A stretch of DNA of 37,869 bases from Nitrospirales bacterium (GCA_045403215.1 JAXIOW010000006.1:1-37869), one strand, 5' to 3'. Shown: positions 24,545-34,324, counted from the first letter of the stretch. The notes: a model not told the origin generated them from the sequence alone. Program-made: numbers and translations.

Positions 24545-26833
24545 ATGGATCCATCCGATTCGACAGTGCCGCCGGCATCCAGCACTCCTGCGCCTCTGGT
24601 AGCAACGCCTCCTGCTCCGCCCGCTCCGCCTGGCGGACCAAACGCCATCGCTCCGGGAGCCTTCCGCGGTGTCTCGCTGGAAGGGCTCAGAGCCTACCTG
24701 CACAAGAATTTCGAGCAGCTGTTTGTCTTGCTCACGCTCGTCGCGACCGTCCTGATCAACTACTTCATCGAGCAGAAGATCGCCTTCCTGAACTTCTACT
24801 TTCTGCCGATCATCCTGGCCGGCTACTACCTGGGCCGAACGAAGGCCGTGCTGGGTGCCGTCTTATCTTTCCTGGTGATGCTGCTGTACGTGTACCTGCG
24901 GCCCGAGGCGTTTTTGACGCCGCAAGGCTATCTGGCGGAAGACCCGGAGGTCGCGCTGTATCTTCAAATCTTAATCTGGGGGTCGTTCCTCGTCCTGGCC
25001 GGCGCGGTCGTCGGAGGGCTGCATGAGAAGCTGGCCCGGGAGTTCGCGACCACACGCCGGCAGAACGAGGTGCTCCAGAGACAGCAGGATGAGCTCAACA
25101 TGGCCAACCTGGCGCTGAAGGCCAGCGCCGAGAACCTGGCGTTCCTGAATCAGGAGCTCCAGCGCCGGCAGGAGGAGCTCAACCACGCCAACACGGCGCT
25201 GAGGGACTACAGCGAAAACCTGGAGGTCAAGGTACGGGAGCGCACCGAGGAGCTCAACCGCGCCCACGCGTCGCTGAAGGACTACGCCGAAAACCTGGAA
25301 TACAAGGTCACGGAGCGGACCGAGGAGCTGGAGAAGTCCAAGCACTCCATCGAGGCACTCAAAACCAAGGTGGAGGAGGCGCTGTACTCCACCATGGACT
25401 CTTCCGTGGTCAAATTGATCATCGAGGGGCGGCTGCGCAACGAGAAGCGCAACATCAGCGTCCTGTTCTCCGACCTCGTCGGCTTCACCACCCACTCCGA
25501 GCAGAATCCCCCCGAGATCGTGGTCCGCGACCTCAACCGCTACATCGGCGACATGGAACCCATCCTGCTGGCCTATCGCGGCCACATCGACCGGTACATG
25601 GGCGACGGCATCATGTGCGAGTTCGGGGCGCCGCTGGATTTCGAGACCTACCGGATCCTGGCCGTGCTGGCGGCGATTAAGATGCAGGACAAGATGGCCA
25701 AGGTGAATTATCCCTGGGAGATGCGCATCGGCGTGTGCTCAGGGTCCACTATCACGGGCCTGGTTGGGAGCAAGCGCCAGTCGTATACCGCCATCGGGGA
25801 CGTGGTCAACATCGCCGCGCGGCTGCAGAAATCCTGCACGCCGGGCAAGGTGCTGATCGATCGGTACACGTACGAGACCGTCAGCCTCTTCATCGATGCC
25901 CGCAAGAAGCGTGACCTTCCCGCCAAGGAGGTCCTGGGGTCGGACAAGGAGCGGCGGCTGGAGGCGCTCCACGAAAAGGTCGCGGCGGAACCCACCAACG
26001 CCGTGCACCATTTCCAGATCGGGCAAATCCATCTCGGGCTCAACGAGCCGGTCGAGGCCCTGCAGTATTTCGAGCGCGCCTTGCACCTGGATCCGAACGA
26101 GATGAAGTTCAAGCTGGCGTACGCCGAGGCCGGCCTGAAGATCCGCGAGAGCGAGAAGATCGACATCCGGGGGCGACGGCAGCGCATCGAGGCCTACGAG
26201 GTCATCGGCATCAAGGATCCCTTCGAGGACCGCAAGAAGGTCTCCCAGGGCTTCGCGCACGAATACGAGTACGTGCAGAATCTCATCCAGATCCCGTCCG
26301 ATGTGGTCCTGCCCGTGGAGGCCTTGGACGGCAGCATCGGGCATTCCAAGATGGTCGCCATCTTCGCCTACGCCCTGGCCACCTATTTCAACCTGCCGGA
26401 TAAGGATAAACTCGACATCCTCCAAGCCGGCTTTCTGGCGGACATCGGTAAGGAGATCGTGCCTCATCATCTGCTCAACCGCATGGGGAGCCTCAGTTCC
26501 TGGGAACTGGACATGGTGAAGATGCACCCGGTGGAAGGGTCCAGAACCCTGCGGAAGTTGGGCTACGATAACGAGGAGATCATCAAGATCGTGTATCACA
26601 GCCACGAGAACTACAACGGCACGGGCTATCCGGACGGGCTCAAGGGTGAAGACATCCCGCTCGGCTCCCGGATCGTGGCGGTGGCCGACGCGTACGACGC
26701 GCTGATCTCCTGGCGTCCGTACCGGGACCCCTGGGAGCGCCACGTCGCCCTGGACGAAATCGCCCGCGGTGTCGGCAAAGGCGTCTACGATCCCAAGGTC
26801 GCGGATGGCCTGATCAAGATCATGGCGCGCTGA
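24545..26833 (+). CDS. Membrane class III nucleotidyl cyclase with coiled coil, TPR insert and degenerate HD-GYP domain
   Basis: About 4 TM segments, LExKVxERTEEL S-helix repeats, and cyclase motifs FSDLVGFT, DRYMGDG, MRIGV, YTAIGDVVNIAARL. TPR-like EALQYFERALHLDP. HD-GYP region FLADIGK...HSHENYNGTGYP...ADAYDAL..RPYR. Confidence 0.9.
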   Translation: MDPSDSTVPPASSTPAPLVATPPAPPAPPGGPNAIAPGAFRGVSLEGLRAYLHKNFEQLFVLLTLVATVLINYFIEQKIAFLNFYFLPIILAGYYLGRTKAVLGAVLSFLVMLLYVYLRPEAFLTPQGYLAEDPEVALYLQILIWGSFLVLAGAVVGGLHEKLAREFATTRRQNEVLQRQQDELNMANLALKASAENLAFLNQELQRRQEELNHANTALRDYSENLEVKVRERTEELNRAHASLKDYAENLEYKVTERTEELEKSKHSIEALKTKVEEALYSTMDSSVVKLIIEGRLRNEKRNISVLFSDLVGFTTHSEQNPPEIVVRDLNRYIGDMEPILLAYRGHIDRYMGDGIMCEFGAPLDFETYRILAVLAAIKMQDKMAKVNYPWEMRIGVCSGSTITGLVGSKRQSYTAIGDVVNIAARLQKSCTPGKVLIDRYTYETVSLFIDARKKRDLPAKEVLGSDKERRLEALHEKVAAEPTNAVHHFQIGQIHLGLNEPVEALQYFERALHLDPNEMKFKLAYAEAGLKIRESEKIDIRGRRQRIEAYEVIGIKDPFEDRKKVSQGFAHEYEYVQNLIQIPSDVVLPVEALDGSIGHSKMVAIFAYALATYFNLPDKDKLDILQAGFLADIGKEIVPHHLLNRMGSLSSWELDMVKMHPVEGSRTLRKLGYDNEEIIKIVYHSHENYNGTGYPDGLKGEDIPLGSRIVAVADAYDALISWRPYRDPWERHVALDEIARGVGKGVYDPKVADGLIKIMAR
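25172..25330 (+). repeat. Imperfect 75-bp (25-aa) tandem repeat in the coiled coil
   Basis: EELNHANTALRDYSENLEVKVRERT / EELNRAHASLKDYAENLEYKVTERT / EEL. Confidence 0.8.
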
Positions 26834-26969
26834 CAGGTCCCCCCCGCGCCCCCGCCCCGTTTACGCCGGCGTGGCGCCTAGCCGCATTCTTGCCCTTCCA
26901 AGTCCGCCCCCATCGGTACTCTTGAAGACCCCGCGGGAAGAAGCTTAGTATGATCCAGAGAGGCCTTCC

Positions 26970-28028
26970 ATGAAGACTTACCATATCATCGGCTGGGGAC
27001 TCCTGACAGCGGCGGCCTGTCTCCTGCCCTCTCCGGTCCGAGCCGATTCGCCGGTCCTGGCGACCGTCGGCGGCACGCCGATCACGACGGCGGAGATCGA
27101 GCAGGCGCTCCGGCTCCCGCTCTATGACTTGGAAGTGGAGAAGTATCGCCTGACGCGACGGAAGCTGGACCAGACGATCGTCGAACGGTTGCTTGCGCGG
27201 GCGGCGGCCGAACGCGGGCAGACGGTGTCGGCCTTCGTCACGGCGGAGGTCCAGGCCCAGATCGCGGCGATCACGCCGGAGGAGATCGCCGCGCGCGTGC
27301 AGGCGGACCGGGCCAAGCTGCCGCCGGACGCAGAGCAGGCCCACAAAGAGGCGCGGAGCTCCCTGGTCCGCGAACGCGCCCGGCGAGCGCTCCAGGAATT
27401 GGTCGAGCGGTTGTCCCGCGAGGCCCAGGTGACAGTGACACTCCGTCCCCCTGAGCCTCCCGTCATGACCGTCCCCGTGGGAGACGGCCCGGCGTGGGGT
27501 CCACCGGCGGCGCCGGTCACGATCGTCGAGTTCGCAGATTTCGAATGTCCGGTATGCAAGGAGAACCTCCCGATCTTGCAAGAGATGCGCAGCCTCTATC
27601 GGGAGCAGGTCCGGATCGTCTACCGGAACTTTCCTCTCGCGTCGCACCCGCAGGCACGCCCGGCGGCCGAAGCGGCCAACTGTGCGCACGAGCAGGGCCA
27701 GTTCTGGGCGTATCACGACGCCCTTTTCGCCAAGGCGCCCGATCTCCAACCGTCGGATTACGTGCAGTTGGCCGAGCGTCTGAAGTTGAACGCCGCGGAC
27801 TTCGCCGACTGCCTGAGCAGTGATCGGCCGAAGGTCGCCGTAGCCAGAGACCTCGCGGACGCCCAAGCGTTGGGGCTCAGCGGGACCCCGACCTTCTTCA
27901 TCAACGGGCGCTACCTGTCCGGGTTCCAATCATTGGACGCGCTCCGGCAGTACATCGACCGCGAGCTGCAGGCTGCCGGCAACGGTGCGCATCCGGGAGA
28001 CAAGGCCCCGGAGGCAGGGCCCCGTTGA
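26970..28028 (+). CDS. Exported DsbA/thioredoxin-fold oxidoreductase with SurA-like N-terminal helical region
   Basis: Signal peptide, VLATVGG..IT, FADFECPVC and SGTPTFFING. Confidence 0.9.
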   Translation: MKTYHIIGWGLLTAAACLLPSPVRADSPVLATVGGTPITTAEIEQALRLPLYDLEVEKYRLTRRKLDQTIVERLLARAAAERGQTVSAFVTAEVQAQIAAITPEEIAARVQADRAKLPPDAEQAHKEARSSLVRERARRALQELVERLSREAQVTVTLRPPEPPVMTVPVGDGPAWGPPAAPVTIVEFADFECPVCKENLPILQEMRSLYREQVRIVYRNFPLASHPQARPAAEAANCAHEQGQFWAYHDALFAKAPDLQPSDYVQLAERLKLNAADFADCLSSDRPKVAVARDLADAQALGLSGTPTFFINGRYLSGFQSLDALRQYIDRELQAAGNGAHPGDKAPEAGPR

Positions 28029-28597
28029 TTTCGCGTGCGTGCACGGGTCTGGTGCCCGCTCTGGTCGTGACGGCGGCCGTGCTGGCGCTGCCGCCGGCGG
28101 CGTCCGCGAACGAAGCGAAGCCGGCGCCCGTCATCGTGCCGTTGGTCAATCCGATCGGAGAGGGGAAGGGGAGCTTCCGCGGGGGCCTCTTCCGCAAGAT
28201 CGTCACCGCGCGCGGGTTCGAAATCGACGACAGCCGAACCGGGTTCCACGAGGTGAAGGCCGTCGGGAGCACCAATACGTTTACGCCGGACACGCCCGCG
28301 ATCTATGTCGTCGTCGAGTTCCTGCAATCGACCTTCGACATCTTCCGCCTCGTCGGGCGCTTCATCCTGGAGGATCCGGCAGGGAAGCCCGTGGGCACCG
28401 TCCTCCACGTGGACCGGGCCCAGTTCGAGAACGAGGACACGGGGGGCTACCTGGTCATGAAGCAGCCGCCCGGCGGCTTTCCCGTCGGCAACTACCGCGT
28501 CGAGATCCATTACGAGAACATCACCGACATGAGCCTGCTGACCCTCGCCCGCTTCAAAGTCGTCCCGGCGGCGGGCGCTGCCGGCCAGAAGCCTTAA
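28025..28597 (+). CDS. Exported hypothetical protein (beta-rich)
   Basis: TTG start overlapping the DsbA stop, signal peptide ending ASA, and FPVGNYRVEI (Ig-like strand). Confidence 0.75.
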   Translation: MISRACTGLVPALVVTAAVLALPPAASANEAKPAPVIVPLVNPIGEGKGSFRGGLFRKIVTARGFEIDDSRTGFHEVKAVGSTNTFTPDTPAIYVVVEFLQSTFDIFRLVGRFILEDPAGKPVGTVLHVDRAQFENEDTGGYLVMKQPPGGFPVGNYRVEIHYENITDMSLLTLARFKVVPAAGAAGQKP

Positions 28598-28604
28598 GTG
28601 CCCG

Positions 28605-29093
28605 ATGCCTTCCGCTCCTCATACCGCGCCTCCGCTTGCGGTGAAGGTCCGCCCCGCCGCCCTGGGCGATCTTGATGTGCTGATGCGGTTCAACGCCGCC
28701 ATCGCGCAGGAGACCGAGGGCCGCCGTCTCAACATGGAGCGGCTGCGGCAGGGGACCCGCGCGGTCCTGGAGTCCAGCGAACGCGGGTATTATCTGGTGG
28801 CCGAGACGGACTCGGTCGTCGTCGGCCAGTTGTTCATCACCTATGAGTGGAGCGACTGGCGCAACGGCGTGTTCTGGTGGATCCAGAGTGTGTACGTCGA
28901 GCCTTCAGTGCGGGGCCGCGGCGTGTACCGCGCCCTCCACGAACGCGTCCTGCAAGATGCCCGTGCGCGCGGTGACGTGTGCGGCCTGCGTCTCTATGTG
29001 GAGAAGGAGAATGAGGCGGCGCAGGAGGCGTACACCCGGTTGGGGATGACGATGACCCCCTATCACGTCTACGAGCAGGACTTCGTGCTCTGA
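28605..29093 (+). CDS. GNAT-family N-acetyltransferase
   Basis: WWIQSVYV, RGRGVY (acetyl-CoA motif A) and N..AQ..Y.RLG. Confidence 0.92.
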   Translation: MPSAPHTAPPLAVKVRPAALGDLDVLMRFNAAIAQETEGRRLNMERLRQGTRAVLESSERGYYLVAETDSVVVGQLFITYEWSDWRNGVFWWIQSVYVEPSVRGRGVYRALHERVLQDARARGDVCGLRLYVEKENEAAQEAYTRLGMTMTPYHVYEQDFVL

Positions 29094-29154
29094 GCTAACT
29101 TGACTGGGAGCGGGATCATACAGTACAACACTGGTGTGTCTCTCCTGATTCCCT

Positions 29155-29239
29155 GCGAGAGTGGCGGAACTGGCAGACGCGCGAGACTTAGGATCTCGTG
29201 GGAACAACCGTGGGGGTTCAAGTCCCCCCTCTCGCACCA
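29155..29239 (+). tRNA. tRNA-Leu (TAG)
   Basis: GCGAGAG/CTCTCGC acceptor stem, CGAGA-CT-TAG-GA-TCTCG anticodon arm, long variable arm, encoded CCA. Confidence 0.96.
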
Positions 29240-29268
29240 ATGAGACCGTCGCAACACTGACTTCACCG

Positions 29269-30555
29269 ATGAAACTCGAAGTGACCGAATTGGGCCCGGT
29301 GAAACGGGCCGTCCGGATCGAAGTGCCGGCGGAGGACGTCGCCAAGCGGTTCCGGGACGTCTACGCGGACCTCCGGAGTCAGGCGCATATCCCGGGCTTT
29401 CGCCCCGGCAAGGCGCCGCTCGCCCTGCTGGAAAAGCGCTATGCGAAGGCCGTCGAGGACGACGTCGTCCGCTCGCTTGTCCCCGAGTATTATGAGAAGG
29501 CCATGAAGCAGGTGGGGTTCGCCCCCGTCGCCGTGGATCTGCCGCCGATCGAACGGATCAAGATCAAGGACGGCGCCCCGCTGGTCTTCACGACCACCGT
29601 GGAGATCAAGCCTGTCTTCGAGCTCCGGGAGTACAAGGGCGTCACGCTCAAGCAGGACAAGCGGGCCATCACGGAGGAGGAGCTCGACAAGGCAATGCAG
29701 GTCCTCCGGCAGCAGCATGCTCAGATCGAAGTGGTCAAGGGGGATCGGGGCGTCGTCGAGGGCGATTACGTGCAGGTCCGCCTCGAGCAGGTCGAGGGGC
29801 CGAACCAGCCGGACGGATTCAAGCCCGAATCCCACCTGTTCCGCGTTGGCGACAAGACCCAGTTCTACGGGCTGACGCTGGACGAGGCGGTCCTCGGCAA
29901 GAAAAAGGACGAGGCACTCGAAGTCAGCCAGGAAGGGACGGGTACAGCCCGGGGGATGGTGCAGACGATCAAGCAGAAGGTCCTGCCTGAGCTGGACGAC
30001 GAGTTCGCCAAAGACCTGGGCGACTACAAGACCCTGGCGGAGCTCCGCGAGAAGGTTCGCACGCAGCTCGAGCAGAGCCTGAAGCGGGACATCGAAGAGA
30101 CGTACAAGGACCAGCTCATGAAGCGGCTGGTGGACCTTCACCACTTCGACATTCCAGAGTCGCTGGTCCAGCGCGAGCTGGACGCCATGGTCCAGAGCGA
30201 GCGCACGCGGCGGCACCGGATCCGGCACATGCTGTCGCAGGGGGAGGCGCGCCATCAGGAGGACGAGAAGTTCGATGTCCGGAAGTTCCGGGAGGAGAGC
30301 CTCCCCACGGCCCAGCAGCGCGTCAAGCTGGGCTTGGTCCTGGAGGCGATCGCGCAGAAGGAAGGCGTCGCGGTGACCGACGCGGACCTCGAGTACGAGT
30401 GCCGCCAGATGGCACGCGCGCTGCAGGTGGACGTGGCGGAGGTGGTGAAGATGCTGAGGGTCGGGGGCGAGGACGCGGTCGAAGACCTCAAGTCCCGCAT
30501 CCTGGCGGAGAAGGCCTTGCAGTTCGTCTATGAAAAAGCCATCATCCAGGTCTGA
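29269..30555 (+). CDS. tig: Trigger factor
   Basis: Ribosome-binding signature IPGFRPGKAP and LPELDDEFAK. Upstream of clpPX. Confidence 0.95.
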   Translation: MKLEVTELGPVKRAVRIEVPAEDVAKRFRDVYADLRSQAHIPGFRPGKAPLALLEKRYAKAVEDDVVRSLVPEYYEKAMKQVGFAPVAVDLPPIERIKIKDGAPLVFTTTVEIKPVFELREYKGVTLKQDKRAITEEELDKAMQVLRQQHAQIEVVKGDRGVVEGDYVQVRLEQVEGPNQPDGFKPESHLFRVGDKTQFYGLTLDEAVLGKKKDEALEVSQEGTGTARGMVQTIKQKVLPELDDEFAKDLGDYKTLAELREKVRTQLEQSLKRDIEETYKDQLMKRLVDLHHFDIPESLVQRELDAMVQSERTRRHRIRHMLSQGEARHQEDEKFDVRKFREESLPTAQQRVKLGLVLEAIAQKEGVAVTDADLEYECRQMARALQVDVAEVVKMLRVGGEDAVEDLKSRILAEKALQFVYEKAIIQV

Positions 30556-30610
30556 TGAACTCCCAACCTGAGAGTGTGAGATAATGAGAGATATGAGAGA
30601 GACCTCCCAG

Positions 30611-31246
30611 ATGCTCATCCCGATGGTCATCGAGCAGACCAACCGGGGCGAGCGCGCCTACGACATCTATTCCCGCCTCTTAAAGGATCGTATTATCTTC
30701 ATCGGCACGCCGATCGACGACGTGGTCTCGAACCTCCTCATCGCCCAGCTGCTGTTCCTCGAAGCCGACGACCCCGAGAAGGACATCAACGTGTATGTCA
30801 ACACGCCGGGCGGATTGGTGACGGCCGGACTGGCGATCTACGACACGATACAGTACGTCAAGCCCGCCATCGCCACCATCTGCGTCGGCCAGGCCGCGAG
30901 CATGGGGGCGCTCCTGCTGGCCGCCGGGACGAAGGGCAAGCGCTACGCGCTGCCGAACTCCCGGATCATGATCCACCAGCCGCGCGGCGGGTTCGAGGGC
31001 CAGGCCACCGACATCGGCATCCAGGCCGAGGAGATCATCAAGATCCGCAAGCGGCTGGACGAGATCATGGCGAAGCATACCAACCAGTCGGTCGAGAAGG
31101 TCCACAAGGACTCGGAGCGCGACTATTTCATGTCCGCGGAGGAGGCGAAGGCCTACGGCCTCGTGGACGAGGTCATCACGCGGGCGCCGAAGAGCTTCCG
31201 GCCGTCCAAGGATGGCTCCGACAAGAATTCCGATATAGTGAAGTAG
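30611..31246 (+). CDS. clpP: ATP-dependent Clp protease proteolytic subunit
   Basis: [12 protein letters not shown], and catalytic triad in AASMG, MIHQP and ERD. Upstream in-frame ATGs at 30584 and 30593. Confidence 0.97.
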   Translation: MLIPMVIEQTNRGERAYDIYSRLLKDRIIFIGTPIDDVVSNLLIAQLLFLEADDPEKDINVYVNTPGGLVTAGLAIYDTIQYVKPAIATICVGQAASMGALLLAAGTKGKRYALPNSRIMIHQPRGGFEGQATDIGIQAEEIIKIRKRLDEIMAKHTNQSVEKVHKDSERDYFMSAEEAKAYGLVDEVITRAPKSFRPSKDGSDKNSDIVK

Positions 31247-31274
31247 CGCGGGGGCTCGGGAAGAGGGAGAGCTG

Positions 31275-32525
31275 ATGGCGAAGCAGGAAAAAGGGGACGC
31301 GCAGTTGCGGTGCTCCTTCTGCGGCAAGGGACGCGAGGAGGTCCGGAAGCTGATCGCCGGGCCCACGGTCTACATCTGTGACGAGTGCGTGGACCTCTGC
31401 AACGACATCATCGCAGAGGACCTGGAGGAGAAACAGGAAGCCGTCTCCTCCAAGCTGCCCAAGCCCAAGGAGATCATGCGCACCCTGGACCAGTACGTCA
31501 TTGGCCAGGAGCGGGCCAAGAAGGTGCTGTCGGTCGCCGTCCACAACCACTACAAGCGCATCTCCTCCAACACGCTGGACGACGTCGAGCTCCAGAAGGG
31601 CAACATCCTCCTCATCGGCCCCACCGGCACCGGCAAGACCCTGCTGGCCCAGACCCTGGCCCGCATCCTCGACGTGCCGTTCACCATCGCCGACGCGACG
31701 ACGCTGACCGAGGCGGGCTACGTCGGCGAGGATGTGGAGAACATCATCCTCAAGCTGGTGCAGGTCGCCGATTACGACGTGGAGCGGGCGGAGCGCGGCA
31801 TCGTCTACATCGACGAGATCGACAAGATCAGCCGCAAGAGCGACAGTCCCTCAATCACGCGGGACGTCTCGGGCGAGGGCGTGCAGCAGGCCCTGCTCAA
31901 GCTCATCGAGGGGACCGTGGCCAACGTCCCGCCCCAGGGCGGGCGCAAGCACCCGCATCAGGAGTTCATCCAGGTGGACACGGCGAACATCCTGTTCGTC
32001 TGCGGGGGCGCCTTCGTCGGGCTGGAGACCATCGTCGAGCAGCGCCTCAACCAGAGATCGATCGGCTTCGGCGCCGAGATCAAGGGCAAGCACGAGCGGC
32101 GCACGAGCCACCTGCTGTCGAAGGTGCAGCCGGAAGACCTGCTCAAGTACGGGCTGATCCCCGAGTTCGTGGGACGGCTGCCGGTCGCCGCCACGCTGGA
32201 GGAGCTCGACGAGAAGTCGCTCATCCGCATACTTACGGAGCCCAAGAACGCGCTCCTCAAGCAGTATGAGAAGCTCCTGGCCTTCGAGAAGGTGAAGTTG
32301 AAGTTCACCGAGAACGCCGTGGTCGCGGTGGCGCGCAAGGCGTTCATGCAGAAGACCGGCGCGCGGGGCCTGCGCTCCATCCTCGAAGAGGTGATGCTCG
32401 ACGTGATGTACGAGATCCCCTCCCAGCGCGAGATCCGCGAGTGCGTGATCACGGAGGACGTGATCGAGGGCAAGGTCTCCCCGCTGCTCATCAAAGACCA
32501 CGAAAAGGGCGTCAAGTCGGCTTAG
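31275..32525 (+). CDS. clpX: ATP-dependent Clp protease ATPase subunit
   Basis: CSFC...CDEC Zn finger, [20 protein letters not shown] loop and GARGLR. Confidence 0.98.
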   Translation: MAKQEKGDAQLRCSFCGKGREEVRKLIAGPTVYICDECVDLCNDIIAEDLEEKQEAVSSKLPKPKEIMRTLDQYVIGQERAKKVLSVAVHNHYKRISSNTLDDVELQKGNILLIGPTGTGKTLLAQTLARILDVPFTIADATTLTEAGYVGEDVENIILKLVQVADYDVERAERGIVYIDEIDKISRKSDSPSITRDVSGEGVQQALLKLIEGTVANVPPQGGRKHPHQEFIQVDTANILFVCGGAFVGLETIVEQRLNQRSIGFGAEIKGKHERRTSHLLSKVQPEDLLKYGLIPEFVGRLPVAATLEELDEKSLIRILTEPKNALLKQYEKLLAFEKVKLKFTENAVVAVARKAFMQKTGARGLRSILEEVMLDVMYEIPSQREIRECVITEDVIEGKVSPLLIKDHEKGVKSA

Positions 32526-32604
32526 CTTGACCTAACCTCCCACGCGCCTCGCTCGCTACACACTCTACCTGCTTCTCGTCCCGGTTCTGGCCGCGGCTAG
32601 CCTC

Positions 32605-33237
32605 TTGTCGTACGGGCTCGTCACGCTGCCGGACGTCGCACAACTCGCCGGGGCGAACCCGAACACCAGCGTGCTGATCGAGGCGCGGCGGGCCGAGGCC
32701 GCCGAGAAGGGCCGACCCTTCACGCTGTCCTGGACCTGGGTGCCGCTGGCGGACATCTCGCCCCATCTGCAGAAGGCGGTCATCGTGGCTGAAGACGCGT
32801 CGTTCTACGAGCACCACGGGTTTGATTGGGAGGGCCTCCAGGAGGCGCTCACGCGCAACTGGGAGCAGGGCAAGCTGCGCCGGGGCGGCAGCACGATCAC
32901 TCAACAGCTGGCGAAGAACCTCTACCTCTCCTCCGAGAAGAAGCTCCTGCGGAAAGCCCGCGAGGCCCTGATCGCGTGGGAGATCGAGCGGCGTGTGCCC
33001 AAGACACGCATCCTGGAACTCTACCTGAACGTCGCGGAATGGGGCCACGGGGTCTTCGGCGCCGAGGCGGCGGCGCGCCATCACTTCGGGATATCTGCCG
33101 CCGAACTGACGGAGGACGAGGCGGCTCTGCTCGCCGCGTTGCTCCCCTCGCCACGACGCAACGACCCCCTCCAGCTCACGCCCTATCTCGCCAGGCGCCA
33201 GCAGGACATCCTCTACTGGATGCACAAGCTCGACTGA
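32605..33237 (+). CDS. mtgA: Monofunctional peptidoglycan transglycosylase
   Basis: AEDASFYEHHG, RGGSTITQQLAKNL, RKARE and LELYLN motifs. The true 5' end is problematic (see findings). Confidence 0.9.
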   Translation: MSYGLVTLPDVAQLAGANPNTSVLIEARRAEAAEKGRPFTLSWTWVPLADISPHLQKAVIVAEDASFYEHHGFDWEGLQEALTRNWEQGKLRRGGSTITQQLAKNLYLSSEKKLLRKAREALIAWEIERRVPKTRILELYLNVAEWGHGVFGAEAAARHHFGISAAELTEDEAALLAALLPSPRRNDPLQLTPYLARRQQDILYWMHKLD

Positions 33238-33250
33238 AGCGGCCAGGCGC

Positions 33251-34324
33251 CTACTGTAGCTTCTCGATCCGGACGCCGATCAGACGGAGTGGTTTCAATT
33301 TCGGGTTCTCCCGCCGGTCCAGGAACGGCAACAGGAGCTTCCACGCTTCGAATTCCAGGGCCGCCACGGAATCAGCCGGCTGGGGGAGCGTGTGGGCGCG
33401 CGTGTGGGTTTCGAAGTCGGCGAACCGCACCTTCGCGACGACCGTGCGGAACTGCGTGAACCCCTCGGCGGCCAGCCGCTGGATGACGTTGCGGCACAGG
33501 TCCTTGAGGCGATCGCCGATGAAGATCGAGTCGAGGATGTCCCGGTCGAAGGTTTCCTCCTCGCCGATCGACTTGGGCTCGTAGCTTTCTTGAATCGGGG
33601 TGTCGTCCCGCCCGCGGATCATGTCGAAGAACTCCGCGCCGCGTTTCCCGAACCTATCCTGTAAGGCGTCCCGCGAGAAGCGCTTCAGGTCTCGCACGAG
33701 CCGGACCCCCTGTTTCGCCAGCTCCGTGTCGGTCTTGGGACCGATGCCGGGGATCTTGCGGACGGGCAAAGGCTCGAGGAACGGTTCGGCCTCCTCCTCG
33801 CGGACGACGGTGAGTCCGTCCGGCTTCTTCTCGTTCGAGGCGATCTTCGCGATCAGCTTGTTGGGGCCGATCCCGACCGACGCGGTCAGTCGCTCGCGGT
33901 CCCGGATCGCGCGCTTGATGTCCCGGCAGACTGCTTCCCCACTCTCGTACGAGCCGGCAAAGCTCAGGTCTGCATAAGCTTCGTCGATCCCCGCTTCTTC
34001 CACCACCGGGGCCAAGCCCCGAATGATCGCCATCACGCGCTGAGAGACCGCGGCGTACTTTTTCATGTCCACGCTCAGGAACACGACGGGCGGCTTGCCC
34101 TGGCGCCGGGCGGCCTCCGAGAGACGCCAGGCTGTGGAGATCGGCAGCGCGGAATGGATCCCGTACTCGCGGGCCTTGTAGTTCGCGGCGGCCACGACGC
34201 CGCGGCCTTTGCCGCCTTCCGGATCGGCCCCGACGACGATCGGCAGCCCGCGAAAGCGCGGCGTGTCCCGCTCCTCCACCGACGCGTAGAACGCGTCCAT
34301 GTCAATGTGCGCCACGATGCGCAT
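33251..34324 (-). CDS. dinB: DNA polymerase IV (Y family)
   Basis: ATG 34324 (MRIVAHIDMDAFYASVE), YKAREYG, IDEAY, KPDG and LRLIGV motifs. Confidence 0.95.
   Translation of the reverse strand: MRIVAHIDMDAFYASVEERDTPRFRGLPIVVGADPEGGKGRGVVAAANYKAREYGIHSALPISTAWRLSEAARRQGKPPVVFLSVDMKKYAAVSQRVMAIIRGLAPVVEEAGIDEAYADLSFAGSYESGEAVCRDIKRAIRDRERLTASVGIGPNKLIAKIASNEKKPDGLTVVREEEAEPFLEPLPVRKIPGIGPKTDTELAKQGVRLVRDLKRFSRDALQDRFGKRGAEFFDMIRGRDDTPIQESYEPKSIGEEETFDRDILDSIFIGDRLKDLCRNVIQRLAAEGFTQFRTVVAKVRFADFETHTRAHTLPQPADSVAALEFEAWKLLLPFLDRRENPKLKPLRLIGVRIEKLQ

Noticed and set aside
24545-26833. Cyclase as a Pycsar/CBASS-type defence enzyme
   Set aside because: No adjacent cNMP-binding TIR or TM effector gene. 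The sensor plus S-helix architecture is typical of signalling cyclases.
29161-29268. N-terminal extension of tig in the ORF track
   Set aside because: It runs through tRNA-Leu. The real start is most likely ATG 29269.
30577-30603. (T)GAGA(G)ATA-like micro-repeats before clpP
   Set aside because: Too short and degenerate, and not recognisable as CIRCE or a CtsR box.
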